Positions 37,637 through 48,058 of a stretch of 64,000 bases of DNA are shown here, in pieces. The notes under the pieces were generated by a model, which saw only the letters and a list, made by a program, of their open reading frames with translations, made no database searches and was not told where the DNA came from. The DNA lies in the NCBI RefSeq assembly GCF_000143415.4, contig NW_003314266.1, positions 2,553,399 through 2,617,398 of the forward strand, read 5' to 3'. Numbering within the stretch: the first letter of the stretch is position 1; each line of letters begins with the position of its first letter. Both the position numbers and the translations under genes were made by a program. This DNA comes from Selaginella moellendorffii (Eukaryota; Plantae; Lycopodiophyta).

Positions 37637-40600
37637 ATGGCGGAGGCCTCTGGGCTTGGGCCGTGCGAGCTGGGCGGCGACTTCACCTTCGAGCGCAAGC
37701 ACGGTGGCCAGCGATCCTGGACGGACGACGATGGTCTCGGCGGCTCGGCGTTTGGTGATGGCCACCACCGCGATCGAGGCGACGACGATCTTCTCTGGGC
37801 CGCCCTGGAGAAGCTCCCAACTTATCGCCGGCTTCGCACGACTCTCCTGGAAGAACTCGAGGCTGGAGATCAAGATCAAGGTATGTTGCTTTAGATCTTA
37901 CTCTCTCGAGACGATCCAATAGAGCTTAAACTTTTCTCCAGGATCGACCAAGCACGTCATGGACGTGAGCAGCTTGACCCGGATGGAGAGGCAGAGGATC
38001 ATCGAGAGAGCCTTCGCCACCACGGACCAAGACAACGAAACGCTGGTGGCGAGGCTGCGAGAGAGAATCCAGGCGGTGGGAGTGCAAATCCCGCGAGTGG
38101 AGGTCCGCTTCCAGAACCTCCGCGTCTCCGCCGACGCCTACGTCGGATCCAGAGCCCTCCCAACGCTCGTTAACTTCGTGAGGAACATCACCGAGGGCCT
38201 CCTAGCAGCGTCCGGGGTCCTGGCCTCGAAAAAACGCGAGATCCACATCCTGAAAGACGTGAGCGGGGTGGTGAAGCCGGGAAGGACGATGCTGCTGCTG
38301 GGGCCTCCCGGATCCGGCAAGTCGACGCTCCTGCGAGCTCTTGCCGGGAAGCTGGATCAAAGCCTCAAGACCACCGGAGCCGTCACTTACAATGGCCACA
38401 CCTTGGACGAGTTCGAAGCTCGGAGAACTTCCTCGTACATTAGCCAGGAGGACGATCACATCGGCGAGCTTACGGTCCGCGAGACGCTCGACTTTGCTGC
38501 TCGCTGCCAGGGAGTTGGATTCACGATAGATCTACTGATGGAGCTGCTGCGGCGGGAGAAGCGCGAGAACATCCGGCCGGATCCATGCATCGACGCGTTC
38601 ATGAAGCTGGCGGCGGTGGAGGGCGCGCGGCACAGCGTCCGGACGAACTACGTGATGAAAGTCCTGGGCCTGGAGATCTGCGCGGACACGGTGGTGGGGA
38701 GCGACATGCTGCGCGGCGTCTCGGGCGGGCAGAAGAAGCGCGTCACCACCGGGGAGATGATCGTCGGGCCCAAGAAGACGCTCTTCATGGACGAGATCTC
38801 CACGGGGCTGGACAGCTCCACCACCTTTCAGATCGTCAGGTGCGTCCGCAACTTCGCGCACTCGCTCGAGGGGACGGTGCTCATGGCGCTGCTTCAGCCA
38901 CCTCCGGAAACATTCGAGCTCTTCGACGACGTCCTGCTCCTCGCCGAGGGTCACATCGTCTACCTCGGCCCCCGCGAGCACATCCTCGACTTCTTCGCGA
39001 GCTTGGGCTTCCAGCTCCCGCCCCGCAAGGCCATCGCGGACTTCCTCCAGGAGGTGACGTCCCGGAAGGATCAGCAGCAGTACTGGGCGGACGAGACACG
39101 GCCTTACAGCTACGTCCCGGTCGCCACCATCGCCAGGGCATTCAAAGGCTACGAAGTTGGCAAAGACCTCGGACTCCACCTCGGGTCCCCGTTCGAGAAG
39201 GAGTCCGGCCACCCCGCCGCGCTCACGACGACCAAGTATGGAATCCCGCGCTGGGAGATGTTCAAGGCGTGCACCGAGCGCGAGTGGCTTCTCATCAAGC
39301 GCAACCGGTTCCTCTACACTTTCCGGACTGCGCAGGTCGCGTTCATGGCGTTCGTGGCCGGGACCTTGTTCTTGCGGACGAGGATCCATCCGGACAGTGA
39401 GAGCGATGGAAATCTCTACCTCGCCACGCTCTTCTACGCGCTGGTCCACATGATGTTCAATGGTTTCTCGGAGATGGCGATCACGGTTCATCGGCTGCCA
39501 GTGTTCTACAAGCAGCGGGACAACCTCTTCTTTCCCGGCTGGGCGTTTTCGCTCCCAAGCTGGCTGCTCCGGATACCATACTCGGTGATCGAGGGAGTGA
39601 TATGGTCGTGTATTGTCTACTACACGGTCGGATTGGATCCACAGCCGCAGAGGTTCTTCCGGTATATGTTCTTGCTGGTTCTCATGCACCAGATGGCTCT
39701 CGCGATGTTTCGCTTCATCGGTGCCGTGGGGAGGAACATGATCGTCGCCAACACGTTTGGATCATTTGGGATTCTTATTGTTTTCCTCCTCGGGGGCTTC
39801 GTGATCGATAGAACTCACATACCAGGGTGGTGGATCTGGGCTTATTGGCTCTCGCCGCTCTCGTACGCCGAGAACGCGCTGGCCGTGAACGAGTTTGGAG
39901 CTTCGCGGTGGGATAAGTCCGTGCATGGTGACGACGGAAAGCTCTACGTGAAGATCTTGAAGCCGAGGGGCCTCTTTGTGGAGAGTTACTGGTATTGGAT
40001 CGGGATTGCGGTGCTGGTCGGGTATATAGTTTTGCTCCAGCTGCTGGGAACGCTCGCTCTCTCGTATCTCAATCCTCTCCGGAAGCCTCAGGCCGTGGTC
40101 TCGGAGGAAAGTTTGCGAGAGATGGCGGACAATGACGCGGAAGTTCGTGAGAGTCCAGTAGCGATCGAGGTTTTGCCAGTATCGAATGGAGGAGGAGGAG
40201 TGACGAAAGGGATGATCCTGCCGTTCCAGCCGCTGGCACTAACTTTCCAGAAGGTTTGCTACTTCGTGGACGTTCCGGCCGAGATGAGAGCCCAGGGAGT
40301 GACCGAGGACAGGCTCCAGCTTCTCCGGGACGTGAGCGGAGCTTTCAGGCCGGGGGTTCTTACAGCGCTCGTCGGCGTGAGTGGAGCCGGCAAGACGACT
40401 CTCATGGACGTTCTTGCGGGAAGGAAAACCGGGGGATACATCCAGGGCGACGTGAGGGTCTCCGGGTTTCCAAAGCTCCAGAAAACTTTCGCGAGGATCT
40501 CCGGCTACGTGGAACAAACGGACATACATTCCCCACAGGTGACCGTCTACGAATCGCTCGTTTACTCCGCGTGGCTGCGACTCCCGGCCGAGGTGGACGC

Positions 40601-42050
40601 CGCCACCCGCTATTCGTTCGTGGAGAAAGTCATGGAGCTGGTTGAGCTTGGCAACTTGAGAAACGCCCTCCTGGGACTTCCAGGGACGTCGGGGCTGTCC
40701 ACCGAGCAACGCAAGAGGCTGACCATCGCCGTGGAGCTCGTTGCCAACCCCTCGATTATCTTCTTGGACGAGCCAACGTCGGGTCTGGACGCTCGAGCAG
40801 CTGCGATCGTGATGAGAACCGTGAGAAACACGGTGGACACCGGAAGAACAGTGGTTTGCACCATCCACCAGCCGAGCATCGATATCTTCGAGTCGTTCGA
40901 CGAGCTCCTGCTGATGACTCGCGGGGGCCGAGCCATCTACGTCGGCCCGCTGGGACTCCACTCCAAAACCATGATCGACTACTTCCAGTCTATTCCAGGA
41001 GTTCCTCCGCTGCGAGAAGGCTACAATCCAGCGACCTGGATGCTCGAAGTCACGAGCCCCTCGGCGGAGCTCCGGCTAGGCCAAGCCTTCGCGGACATCT
41101 TCCAGAACTCCATGCAGTACCAAAACAACGAGAAGTTGATCGAGTCACTGAGCTCTCCAGCTCCAGGATCCAAGGATCTCGAGTTCCCGACCAAGTACTC
41201 CCTGGACTTTTGGAGCCAGTGCCGGGCTTGCCTGTGGAAGCAGCACTTGACGTACTGGAGGAACCCATACTACAACGTTGTCCGGCTCTTCTTCACGCTC
41301 GTCTGCGCGCTCATCTTCGGCTCAATCTTCTGGGGCGTGGGGAGGCACCGTGAGACGCAGCAGGACGTTTTCAACGCCATGGGAGTCTTGTTCGCGGCGG
41401 TGGTGTTCCTGGGAGTAAACAACGCGTCCAGCGTCCAGCCGGTGGTGTCCGTGGAGAGGACCGTGTTCTACAGGGAGAGGGCAGCGGGGATGTACTCGCC
41501 GCTGCCTTACGCATTCGCGCAGGGGGCGATCGAGCTCCCATACATCTTCGTCCAGACGCTCCTCTACGGCGTGGTCACGTACGGCATGGTCCAGTTTGAG
41601 CTCTTGCTCGTCAAGTTCCTGTGGTATCTCTTCTTCATGTTCGTCACCTTGGCGTACTTCACGTTATACGGGATGATGGCAGTGGGGCTTACACCATCAC
41701 AGCAGCTGGCCTCGGTGGTTTCCTCGGCCTTCTACTCGCTCTGGAACTTGTTCTCTGGGTTCTTCATACCCAAGAGGAGGATCCCCGGGTGGTGGCTGTG
41801 GTTTTACTACTTGAACCCGGTCAGCTGGACGATCTATGGGCTGACGGTGTCGCAGCTCGGGGATGTGGAGGACGAGATTGGAGTTGGAGATGGATTGGAA
41901 ACGATGAGCGTCAAGGAGTTTCTGGAGCGATACTTCGGGTTTGAGGAGGGATTTGTGGGAGTTTGCGCGATGGTGATTTTGGGGTTTATGCTGCTCTTCT
42001 GGCTCGTCTTTGCGTTCTCCATCAAATTCATCAACTTCCAGAGGCGATAG
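37637..42050 (+). CDS. ABCG31: Full-size ABCG/PDR transporter (ABCG31-like), single 61-nt intron
   Basis: WAALEKLPT; intron 37881-37941; [12 protein letters not shown]; VSGGQKKR; [12 protein letters not shown]; GVSGAGKTT; GLSTEQRKR; [12 protein letters not shown]; NFQRR end. The subfamily assignment is from recalled similarity. Confidence 0.93.
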
Positions 42051-42654
42051 ATTTCATATAAGGATGAAGTCTACTTCTCTATTGTTTCAACACAGTTAAG
42101 ATTTCACAACACCCATTTTATAAGAATAGCTAGAAACTCCAAATTTTGCGGGAAGAGGTGAGATACAACCATGATAAAGTCGTGGCAACGCAAAGAAGCA
42201 CAGGAGTCAAGTTTGAGTATTGACGCATAGTCAGCCTCTCGCTTCTAGTACGACGAGACCGCCAGCTCACTAGACTGGACGCATGTTAGTGGGGATGCGC
42301 AGGATTTCATTTTCCAGCTAAAGAAGCCACCACCATGTATCTATCTGTCTTAATATTGCCTCACAGTCTCATAACCTCCTGCTTTCACACACCAAAGTCC
42401 ACCACTTTTACGTTTTTTCTCCCAAGCAAACGTTGCCTTCTTGATCAACAATGAACCTCATGCTCGCTCAAGTATATTCTGTGACTTGCAAGCAAACAAT
42501 CGCCCGTCAGGCTTGCGTTTCTACTCAGCTCCCCTTTCACCCAGTAAAGATCCTTTTAAGATTGCTCCATTTATTCCTATACGGAAATCTGACCTTTTTT
42601 CCTTTCTCCCCTATAAAATCCATTGAAAGAAATAGGTCTAAACATTGTTCCCGG

Positions 42655-43626
42655 ATGGATAGATATGACTATAGCACGCAGTCACCTCTCCTTGGACAAG
42701 GTACTGATGGAGTAGTTCGTCTCGCTCGCAACAGGGTCACTGGAGCCATGGTTGCAGTGAAGAAGCTCTCAAGCAAACATGATGCAGCCGACATGATGTG
42801 GGAGTGCGCAACTCTCCGGGCATGCCAACACAAGAACATCATCCATCTGCACTCTAAGCTCGTGACCGAGCAAGGCCTTTTCATGGTGTTTGAGCTCATG
42901 GACATGGACTTGTGCTCGTACATATGGGACGTGAGAGAGAGAGAAGGGAAAATCCCAGAGGTTGCGGTGAGGTCCATTATGAAGCAGATCCTGGAAGCCC
43001 TCGCCTTTGTTCATTCTAAAGGCCTAATCCATAGAGACGTCAAGAGCTCTAACGTTTTAATCAACCACAACAAGAATCTTAACAACAGCGTTGTGATCAA
43101 GCTCATTGATTTCTCTCGTGTATGCTTTGCGAGTGCGGGCAGTTGCAAGAACATGGGAAATGTATACTACAGAGCTCCAGAGCTTCTCTTGGGTGGTGAG
43201 AAGTATATTTATGGCCGGGAGATTGATATATGGGCGGCCGGATGCATCTTCCTTGAGTTACTAACGGGATTCCCTTTTGGCGATGACGATGGAAACTTCC
43301 CTCCAAACAGTGAACTCGACGTGATGAACAGTATCGTGAAATGGATCGGACCAGTGGACGAGACGACTTGGAAAGGAGTGAACAAGCTTGAAAATTATAA
43401 CACGTACAAATCAAGCTTTCCAAGGAATCCATCAAACTTGCTACAGTCTAGGCTTGGGGACTCACCTGCGTATGACCTGCTTAGGAAGATGTTGTGTTTG
43501 AATCCCAGGGAGAGGATCACTGCTAAAGAGGCATTGGAGTCAGATTATTTTAAAACTAGTGTATGGTCTCGGGTTTCTAAGTTTCTTTACTCTATTTTTT
43601 GTACAAGACTCAACCTCTTTGCATAA
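42655..43626 (+). CDS. Intronless divergent CDK/MAPK-like (CMGC) kinase
   Basis: TATAAAA at 42612; GQGTDGVV, VAVKK, HRDVKSSN, DFS, YRAPELLLG, DIWAAGC, RITAKEAL. Confidence 0.85.
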   Translation: MDRYDYSTQSPLLGQGTDGVVRLARNRVTGAMVAVKKLSSKHDAADMMWECATLRACQHKNIIHLHSKLVTEQGLFMVFELMDMDLCSYIWDVREREGKIPEVAVRSIMKQILEALAFVHSKGLIHRDVKSSNVLINHNKNLNNSVVIKLIDFSRVCFASAGSCKNMGNVYYRAPELLLGGEKYIYGREIDIWAAGCIFLELLTGFPFGDDDGNFPPNSELDVMNSIVKWIGPVDETTWKGVNKLENYNTYKSSFPRNPSNLLQSRLGDSPAYDLLRKMLCLNPRERITAKEALESDYFKTSVWSRVSKFLYSIFCTRLNLFA

Positions 43627-43794
43627 TATGTAACCTTCTCTTGCGCTGGAGAATAAAAAAAGGCTGTACTTTTTAAACATCTTTAGAAGCATACTGCATT
43701 TTCTTTATGCGGCCAATAATACTCTTGCAGCTTCTGAGTGAGGAATAATTATTAACATGCTCACCTTTGGGGCAAGCTTGAAAAGTCAAACTAC

Positions 43795-43905
43795 ACTTCT
43801 ACAGTCTACGCTTGGGGACTCACTTGCGTTTGATCTCATGAGCCAAGGAGAGAATCACTGCTAAAGAGGCATTGGAGTCAGATTACTTTAAGACTGCTAA
43901 AGTTT
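43795..43905 (+). repeat. Partial tandem duplicate of the kinase 3' end
   Basis: Resembles 43437-43560 (CTACAGTCT..GCTTGGGGACTCAC..ATCACTGCTAAAGAGGCATTGGAGTCAGATTA). Confidence 0.8.
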
Positions 43906-44916
43906 CTCTTCCAGAATTTGAGCGAACGTTGATAAAGCATTTTTTTCAAACTGGAGTCTAGAAAGTTATTACCTTTTAAAGAGATGATGTTCAAACTAGC
44001 ACTTAGCTGGAGGGTCTTCATGTTGGAGTTCAATCTGTCTAGCATGCATTCTATTTTTATAGTTTTCGTGCTTGACCTCTTCAATCTACAACTTAAGAAT
44101 ACTGCTCTTAAAAGCTCCCAGTGTCCAAAGCTTGAGTTATGGCCCTAAGGACAACATTTGTAAAACAAGTTTAACACAAGACATTTCTATCTACCACATG
44201 TGATTAGTGTATAATAAAGTTTTTTGGTATATATCTGAATACACTTGATATTTTGAGACATTTAACAATAAAACAAAGCTGTTTAATCCTCAAGAGATTC
44301 TACAGCCATGAAATGGTACTGGCTTGATCTTTATATGAGCTTTTTCAGTGCGAGGGTATATCCTTATAAATTTAAATTGAATTAGAATTTTCCAATTGTA
44401 CCAGCCACTTACAAAGGCACCAGACTTTATTATACACTGCATGTTACCCCTCTTGTGCATAAGAAAGAATATGTTCTTCTTTTCAATAAGCAAAAAATTT
44501 AAATCATGTTAATGTCTATGCAAGGCCTTACATAGCACTAAGGCATGCCTTTTTCAGAAAATATCAAGCTGACCACAACTCATAAAAAACTTGAAGTCCA
44601 TTTATTATGCAATTTTGTAACATTTAAGATCCAACCTGAACTCTTATGTGGCCTCTGACACAATTAAATAGCTTAACAACTTTATTAAATATGTGCTAAC
44701 AATGCAAAGCAACTCAGGTGAGGAATAAAAGAGAGTAACACATTCCCGAGGAATTTAAACACATCCCATTGGTGCCTCAAGATGGGCACTGCAAGATACA
44801 TTTTTACACCAGTAGAACATGCTCCACAACACTTTGTGTGAACACATGAGTGTTATTCCAACAAGATCATAGGGGATACCAGTTATTGCAGCATTGCAAG
44901 TCAATGGACGAGATGA

Positions 44917-45163
44917 TCATTCAGCAATGTCAACACCATCTTCAAAAATCTCATTGCCCTCCATGTCAAAAATCTGAGTAGAGGCACCAGGGCAGCCCCA
45001 TCCACAGCAACCAGATGGTGTTTTCTGACGGCATCTTTCCAGGCCCCCCCCGGACCCCATAGCAGCAGCCAGTAGAACATTGCGAACTATAATTACATGC
45101 CATTGCAGTGGGCAGTAGCATAAGTGCTATCACAAACAGAACAAAGAAAGCCCCAATCTTCAT
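44917..45163 (-). pseudogene. Secreted 8-Cys peptide precursor, frameshifted in a G8 run
   Basis: Signal peptide MKIGAFFVLFVIALMLLPTAMA. Removing one G at 45044-45051 gives CNYSSQCSTGCCYGVRGGLERCRQKTPSGCCGWGC followed by an acidic tail. Confidence 0.65.
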
Positions 45164-45518
45164 AGCTTTGAGAAAACCTTATCCTCACTTGCTACTAGAT
45201 GAGCAGGGGGACATCTTATAGTCCAAGCCACTGAAAAAAGACCACTACGAGCTCGATTTGCTTGATTTCATGATTAAATCTAAATCAAAATATATAAAGG
45301 TTTTCCATAAATCATGCTCAAGTAAACACAAAATATTTCGTATATTCTTGTGTCATCATTGTGCCACGCGGCGGTCTATTTTACGAAATCCGCGTCTTTC
45401 TTGGGTAAAGTCCAATGTCGCGTCCTTTGCTCCGCTAGGGATTCCTTTGGCGTGGAGGGACGGCACCAAATTTCTTCTCCCATCTAGAGTCGCCATTGAG
45501 CTTGGATTCGCTACTGCA

Positions 45519-46802
45519 ATGTCCACGATCACAGTGCCGCCGATGCTTCCCCCCGTCCAGCAAGATTGCCAGGCCTTGCATCACGCTTTCAAAGGTGGGA
45601 TCGATCGCTCGCGATCACCAAGATCACAGATGTAACTCTTCTTCTTTCCGCCAGGATTTGGATGCGATGAGAAGCACGTCATACAAATTCTGGCGCACAG
45701 GAATTACTTGCAGCGGAGAGAGCTGGTAAACGCTTACAGAAGCATGTATGGAGAGGATCTCTTGCGAAGACTGGAGAAAGAGCTCCACGGGAATCTCGAG
45801 GTGAGTTTAGTTTCTCAAGAACTTCGTGTGCGAATATTAAAATCTATGTTCCAGCAAGCAGTGCTGCTGTGGATGATGGAGCCAGCTGAAAGGGACGCGG
45901 TGTTAATCAGAGATGCGATGAAAGGACTGGGTACCAAAGATAAGACGCTGATCGAGATCATCTGCTCGAGAACTCCCTCGCAGCTCTACTACATACGCCA
46001 GGCATATCAAACCAAGTATCATCGCTCCCTGGACAAAGACATTCAATCAGACACAAGTGGTGACTATAGAAAGGTGAGAAGAATACGAAAATCTCTTACC
46101 TCCATCGATCAAACGAGTTTTCACGAGCTTGTTCTTTGTCTTTGATTTTGCAGTTGCTCCTGGCCTTTGCGAGTGGACAGCGGCCAGAGGGGCCTCACGT
46201 AGACATGCATTTAGCTGACGCCGACGCGAGAGAGTTGTATAGAGCTGGAGAAGGAAGGGTTGGCACAGACGAGTCGACTTTCATTCGCGTTTTCTCGACG
46301 AGGAGTGCCGCGCAGCTCCACGCCGCATTCGCAGCCTACAAACACCTGTACAAGCGCGACATTGACAAAGTAAGCATCTATCCAGTGTCCAGAAAGCTGC
46401 CTAGTTCTTAAAGTTGGAAGGAAGGAAAGTGAAAACTTACTTTTGCTGGTAGGCCATAAAGCGAGAAACTTCCGGGGACTTTGAAGATGCTCTCAGGCTG
46501 ATCGTTAAGTCCGCAACAAGGCCTGGACGATACTTCGCCAAGGTTTGTCACATTTTTTTCTTGCTTCCGTTCTTCCTTCGAAACTTACGCGTATTCTCTA
46601 GGTTTTGTATGACTCGATGAAACGTATGGGAACCGACGATTCGACGCTGATTAGAGTGGTCGTCACCAGGGCCGAGCAGGATATGCAGTACATCAAGGCG
46701 GATTTCTACCAAAAGTACAAGAAGCCATTAGAATCAATGATCTCGGGTGACACTTCTGGAAACTACAAACACTTCTTGCTCAGCCTCGTCGGGGGGCACT
46801 GA
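45519..46802 (+). CDS. ANN: Annexin (copy 1)
   Basis: MSTITVPP, FKG|FGCDE, ILAHR, KGLGTKD, GTDESTFI, MGTDDSTLIRVVVTRAE, DTSGNY. Confidence 0.95.
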
Positions 46803-47818
46803 CGGGTCAATAGCCTGTAAATACGGCGCGTGAATTGGATTTTTTTTTCTTCTAGAAAGACTAAAACTTAGGAAGAGTACCTCAAAAAAATCGTAGAAAT
46901 TATCCTCAGAGAGAACACAGCCAAGATTCTCGGTCACCAGACGCTGTAAAATCTGTTTCCGAGAAGCTGGTGCTCGAGAGGCGTGAGACACGCTGATGTA
47001 AGTTTCCAGATTGTGTATAGTACCATCTACAACACAACATTGTTGTTACGTCTTTGTTTACGATGAAAGAACTTAAACTAAGTACCTTGCGACACAATGC
47101 ATTCGTAATCTGGCGGAGCGGCCAGCCAACCCCCATCACTGGTTTTCATATGTCTTCTATCTGATGCGAAGTATCTTAAGAAATTGTGAGCAGAAACAAC
47201 TCTGAAAAGCCTGTGACAAAAACAAAGAAACATGAGCACGATATCCAATTAAAACAAGGAGTGTTTCTTACCTTTCGAGCAAGTGTTTCTTCACAACTGG
47301 TGGCTTGAGAGCTTCATTGACGTAGGAACTAAAAGCAACGGGAAGTCCAAGGGATGTATCCAAATCCCAAACACTGGCTTCATCGGGTGTGGAGGATGAA
47401 AATCTCTTCTAGGAAAATTTTTTCTCGCAAAGAGTCAGAGAAAGCTTGTAATCCAAGAGCTAGCAGACCTGGATGCAAATGACGTGGTAGTCCCAAACAC
47501 AAAATCCATTATCGCGGCTGCTGTTCTTCTGGCACCAAATTGGAAACTGGAAATACAGCAAAAGAAAATGAGAAGAACTGAGATGAAAAGCCTCTACTGC
47601 TGCGAAAATCAGCACCAGCCTGTTTATCAGCGCTGAGGAGGAAGACAACGAAGAGATCCGAGGCATCTGGCAGCGCGATGTTGAGCTCCACCAGAGCCTT
47701 GCAAAGCAAGAACACATTCTCCTCACTGAGAACCACGGATAAGTGAGATGATCGTCGCGATCGGATCCAATCCATACCAGTAGCAAGAAGTGTAGACGAG
47801 CGCCTTCCTCGCATCCAT
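46734..47818 (-). CDS. NTAQ1: Protein N-terminal glutamine amidohydrolase
   Basis: MDARKALVYTSCYC|EENVFLLC (catalytic Cys); WDYHVICIQ (His); VWDLDTSL (Asp); FASDRRHMK..W.AAPPDY; HNLETYI. Probable GC donor at 47619. The stop lies inside the annexin CDS. Confidence 0.9.
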
Positions 47819-48058
47819 AGCTCCTCGCATTCTTCGAAATATTTCTCCCAAGCCCTAAGACCAAGATTCGGGAATATGCATAGCTCACTCCACGTGTCAT
47901 TCACGTCGGAGAACTTGTCCACGTCACTCCAGGGCTTTCTTTCTTTTCTGGCGCCCTGTTCTTCGCTTGTCTTGCACTGCCAGCGAAGGCGCAACTATTC
48001 ATGCTCTCCACCACCGCCATTTTGGTTGCTCCACAGTGACCTAGATCGTCGCAGGGGA
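47819..48058. promoter_or_regulatory. Bidirectional promoter NTAQ1/ceramidase with ACGT cluster
   Basis: 240 bp between divergent ATGs. CACGTG at 47891; CACGTC at 47902 and 47920. Confidence 0.55.

Noticed and set aside
38532-39689. 385-aa antisense ORF and other long alternative ORFs inside the ABCG gene
   Set aside because: Shadow ORFs caused by high GC at third codon positions; no recognisable motifs.
42451-42654. N-terminal extension of the CDK-like ORF
   Set aside because: A TATA box at 42612 lies within it, so ATG 42655 is more plausible.
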